Part shown: piece by piece, positions 12,263 through 25,961 of the stretch
Numbering within the stretch: the first letter of the stretch is position 1
Layout: each line of letters opens with the position of its first letter
Notes under the pieces: generated by a model
Seen by the model: only the letters and a program-made list of their open reading frames with translations
Databases searched by the model: none
What the model was told of the DNA's origin: nothing
Program-made: the position numbers and the translations under genes
NCBI RefSeq assembly: GCF_018977255.1
Contig: NW_024704743.1
Location: 35,590,001-35,654,000 of the forward strand
Reading direction: 5' to 3'
Length of the DNA stretch: 64,000 nt
Source: Callorhinchus milii
Taxonomy: Eukaryota

Positions 12263-12503
12263 TCCTATGTTCCTATTCAGTTATGAATTCAGAAACAATT
12301 CTGATGTTGTATACCTGCCGAAAAACCGACCTCTTCAACAATGGTCATCTTATGGTCATCTCCATCTCCTCCTCTCTCTGATTTGGGATCCGACTCCAAC
12401 ATTGTGACGTGCTCCGAGACATTATCTACGTGAAGTGCACTATATAAAAGCAAGTTGTTGTTGTACATTCAAAATCAACAATATTACATTTACATTTTAT
12501 AAT

Positions 12504-12620
12504 CAGGGTGACCAAAAAGTCATGATATCATTACAACATCTAATAAGTCTTAAAGAAATGATGATTTTTTTGTTTGTTTTTAGATAATGAGGTAGTTATC
12601 ACAACTCTTTGATCACCCTT
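12504..12620. mobile_element. Tc1/mariner-type MITE, degenerate copy
   Basis: CAGGGTGACCAAAAAGTCA left end and decayed GATCACCCT right end; interior is the reverse complement of 17184-17287. Confidence 0.8.
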
Positions 12621-13253
12621 ATAAATGTTATAATATAAAACAGTGAAAATAGGCCAATTTCTTACCTCTACATGGTAAAACAAGTAATGTTTTTACCAGG
12701 ATCCAGAAATTGAAGCCTTTTTTGTGGGAATCCATTTAAACAGAGGTTTATTCATCATGGAATAACATTAACAGGAGGAGAGTTGACTGGTCTGTCTGTT
12801 TTCTGAGGCTTGTTCTTTCTTTTAGTTTCCTTCAACAAATAACCCTGTGTTTCTGCATTCCATAGTGGTATTGGGATGTTTATAAGATTAATAAAGAGAA
12901 TCTAGGAATGCTTTCATAAAAATTCAGTGTCATCCAGCTCACAAATGTTCTCACAAATATACTGAAATACTCTGAAGGAAGTAACTGAACCAGGGGCAAT
13001 GGCTATTGGGTTCATATAGTTTGGCTCACCTTGAACAGTTCATATAGTTCTGATTATTGCAACATAAGGGGCTTCTCAGGCTGTGGAGGAAATGCAGAGG
13101 AGAGGCAATGAGGCCCCAGTGTTAAAGGGATGAGTTGTGAGGAATGATTAGATATGATGGTGCTCTTCAGACATGAAAAGCAATGGCGTAGAGGAAACAT
13201 ATAAGATACTTAATGGGATAGCGCACATCAACTAAGGATAATACTTTCAGATA

Positions 13254-14085
13254 CAACAACAACAATAACATTACATTTGTGTAGCCCCTTTCACGTTGGG
13301 AGGACGTCCCAAGGCGCTGCACAGACAGAGTTACGGGGGAGGTGGGGAGGGCAGGGAGGAAGCAGGGAGATCAATGGCACGGTCAAAGAGGCGGGTCTTG
13401 AGGTGGGACCTGAAGGTGGCAAGGGAGGTGGAGGGACTGCGGGATGGAGTTCCAGAGGGTGGGTGCAGAGTAGCGGAAGGCTCGCCCGCCGATAGTGGAG
13501 TGAGCAAGGCGGGGACGTGAAGCAGGCCGGAGCCCGCTGAGCAGAGGGAGCGAACAGGGTGATAGGGGGTTAGGAGGTCGCAGAGTTAGGGGGGAGCAAG
13601 ACCATGGAGGGCTTTGAAGGTGAGGACCAGGATCTTGAACTGTATCTCTGTGTGTGCCAGTGGAGTTGGGCAAGGATGGGGGTGATAGGGTCGCAGAGCC
13701 AGTGTGGGAGAGGACACGGGTTGCAGAGTTCTGGATGATCTGCAGCCTGTGGAGGGAGGAGTTGGGGAGGCCGACAAGCAGTGAGTTTGCATAGTCGAGC
13801 CTCGATGTAATGAATGTGTGTATGAGGGTTTCGGTGGCCTGTGGTGTGAGACAGTGGCGGAGCCGGGCGATGTTGCGGAGATGGGGGAAGGCAGAGCGGG
13901 TCATGGCTCAGATGTGGGGTAAAAAGGAGAGTTGAGGGTCAAACAAGACCCCAAGGTTCCGGACTGGCTTAGCAAGGGCGAGTGTGCAACCATGGATGGT
14001 GATGCTGTCAACTCCTGGGAGGAGGCGCTGACAGGAGCCAATCAGGAGAGCCTCAGTCTTGTTGACGTTCAACTGAAGAAAGTTA
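13254..14085 (-). mobile_element. L2 3' fragment
   Basis: ORFs 13908-14114 (LQLNVNKTEALL..VRNLGVLFD) and 13383-13904 ([13 protein letters not shown]); (GTT)n tail. Confidence 0.95.
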
Positions 14086-14654
14086 CACCAAGGCAACAGA
14101 ACAAGAGAGCACATTAAAGAGAAAATCCTTTTGTTCTACGGGACTTTCTTACAGATAGAGAATGAACCCACCATTTTAGACGTTCAGATTAGAAGGATCA
14201 ATGCTCTTCTGTTGTTTTGAAACTGTTACCATGTTACCAGGCAACCTGTTGGAATGGGAACTAATGGTTTATATAACTGATGTACTTGTGATTCACACAG
14301 TGGGTCTCAGTGAGTGGCTTGTCCTTCATAACCCAACAGTCACCAGTCTATACACTTTATCAAATGAAGAGCATCTCCGCAATACATTTCCTAAAGAAAA
14401 AAACTACAAGAATCGCAACACAAAGCTATTGGAGAATTGATAGAAAACATTTGTCCGTGGCCAAGAATCAATAACAATTGCAAATCTTCAGTCGCTTAAA
14501 GAAAATGTATTGATAAGCCATAACACTGCAGCAGATTGGAGCCAGTCGTTCTCATGGTGATCACTGGGCGGCGCTGCACTCTTAGTGACCACCGCCTGTG
14601 ACTGCACAGAACTGCACCAGCAAATGGACCATCGGAGGACATCAGCCAGTCCTT

Positions 14655-14690
14655 GCTCGCCACCTCGTGGTCACTGTGTGAATAGCTGCC
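14655..14690 (-). promoter_or_regulatory. Candidate CTCF site
   Basis: TGACCACGAGGTGGCGAG on the minus strand fits the CCASYAGRKGGCRS core with one mismatch, in non-repetitive sequence. Confidence 0.4.
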
Positions 14691-14959
14691 CCCACCATCA
14701 AAACTTCAATTCACCACGAAAGTATCATGAAATTAGTGCTTTTTTTAAACTGATTGGATTCAACTGCTAAATAATCCTAAAATGCCATTTAATAATAAAT
14801 ATGTCACTTAATCTTTGGCACTAATTTCAAAATCTTCAGCTATCAATCTTACGCATAAAGCACATGATTGTACCGGAGTAAGTAATAATGTGGAAACATT
14901 GTGAGATGAATATTTGAAGCCACGGTCTCATGGTGACTATTGTCTTTCCTACAGAATGC

Positions 14960-15850
14960 TTATGTATCAAGAGAGAACTAGATAGCTATCTAAAAAATGA
15001 ATAATTTGCAGTGGAATAGGGCAAAGGCAGATAAATGGGCATTAATAGAAGCTATTTCAAAGAACCAGCAAAGGCAGAATGGATTTCTAATATACTGTAC
15101 AGTTCTGTGGTTCAAGGCAATATTGCGCTTGGTCAATTAAATCATCAAGTTTCATCAGAATTGCAAATTAATATTGTCAACAATATTAATAGTGTCTAAA
15201 AAATAAGGGTGGTGAATGTATGGAACTCACTACCCCAAAGGGCTTTTGATGCTCAGTCCTTGAATATATTCAAGACTGAGGTAGATAGATTTCTTATTGC
15301 AAAAGGGATTAAGGTCTATGGGGATAAGGCAGGGTTAGGTTATTAGCTGGAGTTAGATTAGAAGATCAGCCATGATTGAATGGGGGGGCAGGCTCGAAGG
15401 ACCAAATGGCCTACTCCTGCTCCTACATGTTATGTTATGTTATCTGTGTGCCTTCTGCTTTTGCACAAATACTTTTAGCCTCTCTGTGGGGTTTTCCTGT
15501 TTTGATGTATCTTTTCAAAGTTCTACCAAAGGACCTTATAGAGTGTGTTTAACATTTTAAGTGAGATTGAAAAAGTAAATCAATACAATACTTTCAGATT
15601 TACCAAAACAAAGGACACATGGTTAGGGTTACAAAGGACAATGTCAGGAAAGATATCAGGAAGTTTTTCTTTACCAAGAGGGTAATTAACGATTGAAATA
15701 GGTTTATCAGGAAGGCTGGTTGAGGCCAGGACACTGGATTCATTTTAAAAATTGCTTGATGCTGTAATAGGAATACAGTAGGGTGAGTATTCTGGAAGGG
15801 TGAGATCAAATGGACTGAAAGGTCTTTATCTGAACCAATCTGATCTTGTA
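14960..15850 (+). mobile_element. Cluster of three CR1 3' fragments (about 14960-15110, 15205-15440, 15530-15850)
   Basis: TGGAACTCACTACCCCAAAGGG; GGCCTACTCCTGCTCCTACATGTTATGTTATG tail; TTCTTTACCAAGAGGGTAATT. Confidence 0.75.
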
Positions 15851-16817
15851 AAATAGTGAAATGAGAAATGAGTTATTCTGTGAAAGTAGCAGCTTTTCAA
15901 ACTCTGAGACATGTTTCAGTGAAGCCGCCAGCTCTCACCACAAGATCACAAAGAGAGGATTGGATGAAGAAACTCCCTCGGTTGAATTGATTTCAGAACG
16001 CCAACCCCACCTTCTTCCTGTCACAGCATCAAGCCATTTCTAAACTAAATTCTGTTCTGGACTCTCCCATGCTTTCTGGTGATTTGTAAATACTGCAAAT
16101 ATGCAAATATTACACTTCACAGCTGTAAACTTGTAACCACTTATGCTGCTGAAATCTCTTCTTGACAAAATATCACATCAGATTGAATAGCAGCAAGATA
16201 TTTTTAACATCCATTTATGGAAAACTTGTTAAAAAAAAGCCATAATTTTTTTTATCCAAGGCTTTCTCCATGCTGGAAAGAAGATTATTTTACTTTAATT
16301 TGATAAGTCAATTTGTCTTTCAAATAAAATTTTAAACCGAGGTCCATCTGCCTATTTTTTAAGCGGCGTTTACGTTAATCGATAAGAGGAGGTTTTCCCA
16401 GTGTCCCAACCAATACCCTTGAGATACATTATTCATGCATCTTATGCTATCTGTAGCACTTGTTGGTGCAAATGCCTGTTGCATTTTCCTACAAGTAAAC
16501 TGCGTCCTCTTGTTCTGCTGAAGTCGCCTTCATCTCTTTATCTTCCCTTTTTGGTCTGTGGGTCCGCAGTGTTCTACAGATTTCTCACATCTGTATCTCT
16601 GGTCCATATTTTTGTACTTCACAGTAGTTACCTGTGAACCACGTTAAGTGGTTTGGATATGATAAGCTGCTTTTAAAAAAAAGCAGGATCAAGGCTACGA
16701 GACAGTTCCGTATCCCAAAGATTTTGTCTCTGGGTGTGCAGTATTTTACAAGTTGGCCACATCTGTGTCTCTGATCTATATTTCTACAATATATAAATAT
16801 TGAAAGTGAATTGGGTT

Positions 16818-17080
16818 TGGTCTGTCTGTGTTGAGTTAATCGGCCTCAGCCAGGCTGCAACTTGTATGAGTGCCCCTGGGGAGAATTGGCCAGGGACCTC
16901 AATTCTGATCGCTTTGCGAAGGCCCCTCTGGAAGTGCGGCAGTGTGTGTGTTGGGAGAGGCCAGGATCAGCCTCGGGGTTGATGTCCCTCGCATTTGAAT
17001 ATCCCATCATCACTTACTGTCAATGAATAGCTTCTTGGCGAGGTACCATAAAGTGGCTGGCGCCCACCAAACCACGTTCC
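16818..17080 (+). mobile_element. SINE-C, an ancient SINE (resembles AmnSINE2-like families from recall, unverified); related copies at about 59790-60010 (-) and 63560-63800 (+)
   Basis: Shared motifs GTCTG..GAGTTAGCTGATCTCAG, GTGCCCC.GG, CTGGAA.GTGC and AGGAT.GGGCTC.GC.GTG. Confidence 0.55.
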
Positions 17081-17183
17081 TTGTAGAAAGAAAAAAAGGA
17101 GACGCAAGTCATCCAGAGAAGCGACAGCTGGAGAGAAAAGAAATCTGAAACAATTGTAACTATCAACGCAATCCCAGTAAATA

Positions 17184-17287
17184 CAGGGTGACCAAAAAGT
17201 CACAATAACTACCCTATAAAAAAAATTATCATTTCTTTAAGGCTTATTAGACATTGTAATGGTATCATGACTTTTTTGGTCACCCTG
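17184..17287. mobile_element. Tc1/mariner-type MITE, 104 bp, TA target duplication
   Basis: TA-CAGGGTGACCAAAAAGTCA ... TGACTTTTTTGGTCACCCTG-TA. Confidence 0.9.
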
Positions 17288-17392
17288 TATAATGCACCAG
17301 CTACCGAGAAAGTGCATCAGCAGGCTGCTAAGCACCTCAGGCTCTGGCAACATCAACCTCTATGGTTGCACACTACAACTCACCGAGGCAGT

Positions 17393-18111
17393 CAGGAACC
17401 CTTGTTCAACCCTCAACTGTCTTTTCTTCCCCACATTCAAGCCATGACCTGCTCTGCCTTCCCTCACCTCCGTAACATCGCCCGGCTCCGCCACTACCTC
17501 ACCCCTCAGGCCGCTGAAACTCTTGTTCATGCCTTCTTCACCTCCAGGCTCGACTATGCAAACCCCCTGCTTGTCAGCCTTCCCAACTCCTCCCTCCACA
17601 GGCTGCAGATAATCCAGAACTCTGCAGCCCGTGTCCTCTCCCGCACCAAACTCCGTGACCCCATCTCCCCCACTCTCTCCTGACTCCATTGGCTTCAGAG
17701 GATCTAGTTCAAGATCCTGGTCCTCACATACAAAGCCTTCCGTGACCTCACCCCACCCTACCTCTGCGACTTCCTAACCCCCTACCAACCCATCCGCTCC
17801 CTCCGCTCAGCCGGCTCTGGCCAGCTCCACGTCCCCTACCATTGGGGGGAGAGCCTTCAGCCACTCTGCCCCCAACCTCTGGAATTCCATCCCCCAGTCA
17901 CTCCGCCTCGCCCCCTCCTTAGCCCCCTTCAAGTCCTGCCTCAAGACCCTCCTCTTCGACCATGCGATCGGCCACCCCCCTTCTTCTCCCTTCCCTTACA
18001 CCCCCAACCCCAGCTCGGGTCTGAAATGCTGTACTCTGTCCAGGGCCTTGGGACTTCCTCCCGACGTGAAAGACGCTATACAAATGTAATCTTGTTGTTA
18101 TTGTTGTTGTT
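17393..18111 (+). mobile_element. L2 3' fragment
   Basis: ORF 17267-17683 [29 protein letters not shown]; (GTT)n tail. Confidence 0.95.
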
Positions 18112-19499
18112 GAATACAAAGCTGATGCAATGTCCATTTGTTTTGCTTTTACATTAAGGTTCAGTAGCAATCTCAGTGATTTGAGACCATTGTGTCGTGC
18201 TGAACAGCAACAATGTAGAAGGCTCACCGATGCTACCAGTTGCGAGTTAAAGCGTCCGTAAATACAAAATATATTTTCATAAAATAGAAATTAGAAGTTG
18301 CCTTTGGATAGGCCAGAGAAAGTCAACAGAATTCAAGACTTTCGTCATAAACGTGATGCATTTTCGCGTACACAAGTTCAAAGCTCTATCACTTCCTTCT
18401 TCTGTAACTGAGTAATTGACCACATCCTCAAAGAGCATCTTTAGTAGCTACAGTTATTTTGCAGGATTTACATTGACAACTGGGAACTGCAGACAGTTAT
18501 GTGCAACATGGGATCTGTGAGAACAGTGAGAGAGAATAGATCCTTCTTTGAAATATGTTATATTGCACTCATTGTCATGGGGAGATAATCTGCAAGACTG
18601 AAATTGTGGCAATTTATCACAAACGTTTTGGTAAAACCACAAAACAATTATTGCCATCCTCTGCACTTCACTTCACCCTTGCTATTTAGCTCTAGAGGTT
18701 TGTGTGTGTTGGCAGCTTTTCCCATCTACAAGAATAAATTTTCTTTTAGAAACATGAATGAGGCTGTCGTTGGCAATTTTAGCACAAGGTGAGTTAAAGG
18801 CAGGTTGCGTTATCATCTCATCAGTTTGTTGGGGTCATCGGATGTTTGAACCATGTGGATACCCATCACCATGCTTAAGAGCATTCAAGCATGACTGAGA
18901 GCTACATTCATGTTTAACTACTGATCCTCTCACTGACAATAGTGTTGCCGTTGACGTGGGCAGAAGAAAGTACCAGTGATAAACTCTTTATAACACCCCC
19001 ACTCAAGCCGAACAGGAATTCTTTTAATTAAAAAAGTATCAAAACACCGCTCTAGGTACATTCATTGCTTAACTACAAATGCCTACTGCAAAACATAGCA
19101 TTATGTGAATCAAATTTAAAATGTGTCATTTCATTTCATTGGAATTGAGAGCTGCCTGATAACTGATCAGCTATTTAGTTAAAAAAATAAAGGTTGAGCG
19201 ATGTGGGAGTTATAGTAGTGTTTGATTTTTGTTTCGCTTTGCGATCAGCCAGAAGACCCCAATGGACTTTTCCCGATCTGTGATTTCAGGCAGCAGTGTT
19301 GAGTACTTTGAGATGGTGTCCTCATGTGAAATGTATATATAAATATACATTATTGTGTGAGAGCTGGCTCATTTGGCAGCGCTCTCATCTCAGAGTCAGA
19401 AGGTTGTCCAAAACACTGATTGTCCATCCAGCACCTTGGGACGTCCTTCTGATATGAAACGCGATATACAAATGTCATTTGGTTGTTGTGGTTTGACAT

Positions 19500-21060
19500 C
19501 AAGTCCCACGTCCCATGTTCCCATCCCTTTAAAAACCATTGTCATCACTCCTTGAAAAACCTTCCCTGGACCCTTCTCTTCTCACTAACTACCACCCCAT
19601 CTCCAACCTCTCCTTCTTCTCCAAAGTCCTGGACCGAGTTGTTGCTTCTCAGCTTCACTCCTTCCTCTCCCGCCACTCCCTTCTCGAACCCCTCCAATCG
19701 GGACGTCCTCCTGACGTGAAAGGCGCTTTATAAATGGAATCTTGTTGTTGTTGTTGTTGTTTCCATGCCGCCCACAGCATAGAAACAGCCCTGGTCAAAG
19801 TGACAAATGACATTCTGTCCATCTGCGACCAGGGCTTCCTCTGCCTCCTCGTCCTCCTTGACCTCTCTGCTGCTTTTGACACCATCAACCACTCTATCCT
19901 TATCCACTGCCTCTCCTCTCACCTCAACTTCCACGGCGTTGTCCTTGATTGGTTCAGATCGTATCTCTCACACCACCTGCACTTCATCTCCTCAAACGGT
20001 TTCTCCTCTAGCCCCCGGACTGTCTCATTTCTCAGGGCTCTGTCCTTGGTCCCCTCCTCTTCTATATGTTCCCTCTTGGTGACATCATCCGCAGACATGG
20101 GGTCAACTTCCACATATGTGGATGACACCCAACTCTACCTCTCTGGCTCCACCCTTGACTCCTGGACCACTGCTGTTCTGACAAAATGTCTGAGAGACAT
20201 CAAGTCCTGGATGAGAGCTAATTTTCTTCAGTTGAACGTCAACAAGACTGAGGCTCTCCTGATTGGCTCCCGTCAGTGCCTCCTCACCTCAGGCGTTGAC
20301 AGCATCACCATCCATGGTTGCACACTCCACCTTACTAAGCCAGTCCGGAACTTTGGGGTCTTGTTTGACCCTCAACTATCCTTTCTACCCCACATCTGTG
20401 CCATGACCCGCTCTTCCTTCTCCCACCTCCGCAACATCACCCGGCTCCGCAACTGTCTCACACCGCCCGAGACCCTCATATACGCCTTCATTACATCAAG
20501 CCTCGACTATGCAAACTCACTGCTTGTCGGCCTCCCCAACCCTTCCCTCCACAGGCTGCAGATCATCCAGAACTCTGCAGCCCGTGTCCTCTTTCGCACT
20601 AGGCTCCGTGACCCTATCACCCCCATCCTTACCCAACTCCACTGGTTTCCCATCACCCAGAGGATACAGTTCAAGATCACCTTCAAAGCCTATCACAGTC
20701 TTGCTCCTCACTACCTCTGTGACCTCCTAACCCCCTACCACTCTGTCTGCTCCCTCCTCTCAGCGGGCTCCAGCCTGCTTCACATCCCCTGACTTGCTCG
20801 CCCCACTATTGGCGGGCAGGCTTTCCGCTACTCTGCACCTACTCTTTGGAACTCCATCCCGCAGTCTCTCCGTCTCGCCCCCTCCCTCGTCACCTTCAAG
20901 ACCCACCTTAAGACCCTCCTCTTCGACCGTGCTTTCGATCTCCCTGCTTCGCCCCCGCGCTCCCTCCTCCCCCATCCCAACCCCCAGCTCGGGTCCGTAA
21001 CTCCAGCGCCTTGGCTGTGAAAGGCGCTGTACAAATGTCATTTGGTTGTTGTTGTTGTTG
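19500..21060 (+). pseudogene. L2 LINE ORF2 (reverse transcriptase) remnant with 3' tail
   Basis: [65 protein letters not shown]; frameshifts present; tail at 21005-21060. Confidence 0.95.
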
Positions 21061-21069
21061 GGACATGGA

Positions 21070-21430
21070 ACCCATATAGTCTAAACTAACACTCTGATGC
21101 AGAAATTGGATGTGCTGCATTGTCAGAATTCCCATCCTGAAGATTGGAGGTTAAACCGAAATCCTGTCTGCCTGTTCGAGTGGACAATTTAAGGATCCCA
21201 CGGCACTATTCTAAAAGAGTTGCAAATTTAGCCCGGTGTCCTGGTCAACATCCCTCAAATTTCATTCACTCCATGACTATTTGTGGGACACTGTTGTCTG
21301 CAAAATTGGTTGCCACATTTGCACACAAAATGCACACAGTCACATTATTTTACGATATATACTGTGAAGCACTTTGACATGTCTCGGTGACGTGAAAAGT
21401 AATTATATCACATTCAAGGATATTATTAAT
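21070..21430 (+). mobile_element. SINE-B (DeuSINE-like), 5' truncated
   Basis: TTAAACCG..GTCTGCCTGTTCGAGTGGAC..GGCACTATT; L2-type tail. Confidence 0.75.
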
Positions 21431-23619
21431 AATAAATCGATTATCAATTGTATTGTATCTTAACGTTTCACTCTTAGTTTCACTTTTTGTTTGTAGGTCA
21501 GCCATAAAAAGAGGACAGTGATTTTTCTCAACAATACTTGCTCAAAGATTTTATAAAGTGCCATCTCCAATTGGACCTATTAGAAATCCTGTCCTCAGCG
21601 AAGCACATAGTTGCCTAAACATTTCACCGGAGGCAAATAACAAAGGCTTTTTGCCCTCTTGTTCCACACGTAGAACAAAATCTCCCTAAAAAAAAGTACA
21701 GTCACACTGGACCAAAACATCCCCCTCTTGTTGTTGTTGTTGTTGTATTTACTTACGTCAGAAGAGTGTTCCTCCAAGTGAATATTACTGAGAGTGGCAG
21801 TGAAATGGCCCTCATCAGTACATAGTGTGTGGGGACCATCGGAGGTTGATTATTTTCAGTATTAGGTTTAAATGCGCTCTGGGATGCTAGCTCGTGTGAA
21901 GGGCGCTACATAAATGCAAATTGTTGTTGTGAAAGTGACTGAGAAAAAATAACCCATCCTGTTATAATGGTTCTAAACTGTTCAAAAATAGGAAATCAAC
22001 AAAAGTGATCACATTTATGACCTCCCCACTCCCCGTACCACAACCCCCCTTCCCCAACAAAAAATGACAAATATCACGTTTCACGGCCAGCTCTCCTCAG
22101 AATGAATAAAACTTCCCACTGCCTGTAGATCACTATGTGAAGCAGTTCTGCATTTCAGCCTCTGATCAGTCACCATGTATTTCAACAGAGGAAGTGCAGT
22201 ACAACTGCACCACAGCAATAAACCATTGAATAAATAGTTTTGTGCACAAGTGCAGACATGAAAATACATTTTTTGTTATCCGCTGGGCTGAATTCATCAT
22301 ATTCCAACTCTCCCTAAACATACACAAATCCTTGACTCCTGTCTATTTTTTCCATTAGTTGAGCTCCACTGGTGCACAAACTCCATGCAAAAGTGCTTTT
22401 CGAGTCCGTCTGATCAGCATAAGGAATAAACTGCTTTGCCATATTAATAAATCCCTGCAATCTCCTTCTCTTACCTACAAGCTTAATATTTGCTTTTACT
22501 AGTGCTTGCGATACAATTGCAAAAATACAATTCTAACCCAGCAGATTCTTCCAACCTTGAGAAACCAATGTGTCAGGTCAGTCAGAGACTACTCAGGAAA
22601 TGAAGTATCAGCACTAAATGAAAGATCATTGTTTAATAACACAAATTAAAACAGGTAAGCAGAAAACTGGAAGGCAAATCTGTAATCTATTATTGTAAGT
22701 TAGCTTCAATATCACTGAGATTATAGTGGGGCCAGCAAGTGATTTAAATTTTAAAATTTTTAAGGTATCGAATATGAATTACCTCTGAATAAGCGCTGTG
22801 GGACGCTACCCTGCATGAGGGGTGTTATATAAATGCAAGCTGCTGTTGTTGTTGTAGCTGGACATGCCGAAGGCCGACTCTCCCTCCTCCTCCAACCCCT
22901 ATCCTCATCCTCACACTGTCCTCAATATGGACATCTCTGTTGTGCATTCAACGTCCAGCTCCTCTCATTTGCCTGTCAGATGGTAAACCAGAAACTCAAA
23001 AGTAAAACTTCTTCTAGATTTTGAACTCTTGGCTTTCGAATTGTTTCTCCGTGAGAAAATCTCCAATAAAATGTCAGAAAGCAAATCACCTTAGCTGCCC
23101 TTATCATAGAATCCCTAAGCGTCTTACAGTGCAGAAGGAGTCAATTTTGCCTTCAGCATCATCTTATTGTTGTAAATTTTATTTGACAGATTCGGTAACA
23201 AATCACCCGGTATCAGCGGCAAAGCAAAGCTAGTAATGGCCAAGGCGCGTTCCTGTTTGCGAATTGACACTGGCACTCGGAACACTCCATGTCATTGAAA
23301 CATGAAGACAACCGCCCAGAAGGACTATTGATGGCGATGAAATTGTTGCAGATGTGTTGAGCGCTAACCTGGGGTTCATCAGCAACAATCACAGACGGGA
23401 TGAATGGAGAGAGGAGCATAATTATAAAGATGTCTGAACTCAGTGTTTGGGTGGCACCTAACGTGGCATGAACAATCCATGAGCCATTTTATTATGGCTT
23501 GAGATTAGATTACTTTTGAGGAAATAACTTGCTCCGATCTATTATTTTTATGGTGTGAATTTGAGTGGGTGGGAGCTGCTTCTCTTACTCGGTGGCTGGT
23601 GAAATAACAGTTCCAGTAT

Positions 23620-24760
23620 CATAAGACCATAAGACGTAGGAGCAGGAGTAGGCCCCTCGAGCCTGCCCCGCCATTTAATAAGATCATAGCTGACCTTCTA
23701 ACCTAATTCCATTTACCCGCCCTATCTCCATATCCCTTAATCCCTCTATCCTTTAGAAATCTATCAACCTCAGACTTGAATATGTTCAAGGACTGAGCAT
23801 CCACAGCCGTCTGGGGTAGAGAATTCGACAAATTCACTAACCCTGAGTGAAGAAATGTTTCCTCAACTCAGTTCGAAAAGGCTGACCCTTAATCGTGAGA
23901 CTATGACCCCGAGTTTTAGATTCTCCAACCAGAGGGAACAGTCTCACGGCATCCAGCCTGTCAAGACCCTTAAGAATCTTATAGGATTCTATAAGATCAC
24001 CACTAATTCTTCTATATTCTAGAGAATATAGGCCTAGTTTACTCAACCTCTCCTCATAGATTAACTCCCTCATCCCAGGAACCAACCTAGTAATTCTATG
24101 CCGCACCCCCTTTAAGGCAAATATGTCCTTTCTTAAATAAGGAGACCAAAACTGCACACAATATTCTAGGTGCGGTCTCACCAAGGCCTTATACAACTGC
24201 AGCAAGACTTCCCTACTCTTGCACTCTAACCCTTTTGCAATGGACGCCAACATGGCATCAGCCTTCCTCGTTGCTTGTTGTACCTGCATACTAATTTTTT
24301 GTGACTGGTGTACAAGGACACCCAAATCCCTCTGAACACTAGCACTACCTAATCTCTCCCCCTCTGGAAAATAATCCGCTTTTCTATTCTTAACTACCTA
24401 GGTGAATAACTTCACACTTCCCCACGTTATACTCCATCTGCCACCTTCTTGCCCACTCACCTAGGCTGTCTATTTCCCTTTGCATTCTTCTTGTGTCATT
24501 CTCACAGCTTACTCTCCCACCTATCTTCGTATCATCCGCGAATTTAGATATGTTAAGTTCTATTTCGTCATCTAAATCATTGATATAGACTGTAACTAAT
24601 TGAGGCCCAAGCACTGATTCTTGTAGCACTCCACTAGTCACATCCTGCCAATCTGAGAAGGACCCGTTTATCCCTACTCTCTGTTTTCTTCCTGTTAGCC
24701 ACTCTCCAATCCATGCTAATATATTACCTTTAATTCCATGGGCTCTAATGGTTATCAGTG
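23620..24760 (-). pseudogene. CR1 LINE ORF2 (RT) remnant with 3' UTR
   Basis: SGVLQESVLGP, SKFADDTK, LVRPHLEYCVQFWSPY, TRGHSL; tail ..CCTACGTCTTATGGTCTTATG. Confidence 0.95.
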
Positions 24761-25961
24761 GTTGTTGGATCACTGTATCCTCACAGAAGGGTTACACCTG
24801 TAGTGGAATCACTATAGGTTTCCCACAATTTAGTCTGCACTTCACCACTGAGAAATAAAATGAGCTGTCTGCATTCTGCAACCACCCCACTATCCAGTGA
24901 TTCTGGGTATAATATTCACAGGACATGCCTCGCCTCTGTAATGCATAAAGAAATAAAACCAGCTATCACATCAGATCAAATCATACTCTACAATATTGAC
25001 TCAGTTCAGGTCATGTGAATTAATCATGAAAGCCAAGCATCTGGCAAAAAAATCTTTATTGAAATAAATGTCCCCTTCTTTTAAAATCCATCTGTGTACA
25101 CTGGGCAAGGCGGAGTGTGTACAAAGAACATAACTTATCTCATAGTTAAGGCAATCTTGATACGCTACCCGAACGTTAGGGTTGCTCTTATTATCTAAAC
25201 TGCAGGATGTATCAGTGCAATGGAACTTGCTGGCCTTTGTGTTGTGTGGTAAATCCCTCCTGTCAATCACAGTACTGGACTGCCTTACCCACATCAGAGG
25301 CACCTGTCACAGTTTGGAGTCAGTTCGCAGCAGACAGTTACTAATAATCGGTGTCTAAGATCTGTCAGATACTCTATAAACTCATTCTCTCCCACACACA
25401 TCAGCAAATGGTGCAGACGGCAGGGAACGGGGATGAGGAGAGAGGGCTCTAAGAGGGGGAGGGTAACGTTTTGTTGAATTCAATAGAAAATCACAGTATT
25501 AAATAAACACGTTTTATATTGTTTTAAAGAAAAAAAAGACAATGATTGTCATGACAGCTGGTTGGTGTGATATTGCCAAGGAAGGATACAGCATTCAGAT
25601 GACAACACCATCCTGTCCCTGAAGGATACTGAGTCAGCTCTGCTCGGAAAGTATAAGGAACCACAGTGGGGGAACTGGCTTTGTATTTGACAACTGGCTT
25701 TGCTTAAACGTTTGAAGAAACCTAACACGGTGCCTCAACCTCGTATAACTGCAAAGAGACATCTGTCAAAGATAAAGGGGAAAAGATCTGTTGCACACTG
25801 CTTTTAAGGCATTGCAATTCAAAAATGAAGCAAAGCCAATAACACGCCATGTGCAGAATGATCTTCCACAGCTTTGTTTTTTACAGGTTTTTAACAGATT
25901 GCACAAGACCGTACAGCATGGCAGGAAATTCTCAACATTGTTCTGTTTCTCACAAACTAGA

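Noticed and set aside
19734..20792. 352-aa ORF as a functional gene
   Set aside because: It is decayed L2 RT. The start comes from an inserted (GTT)n tail and the frame drifts out of RT between motifs.
25283..25300. ATG-TGG-GTAAGG first coding exon on the minus strand
   Set aside because: Only a donor-like hexamer; no linked downstream exons could be identified.
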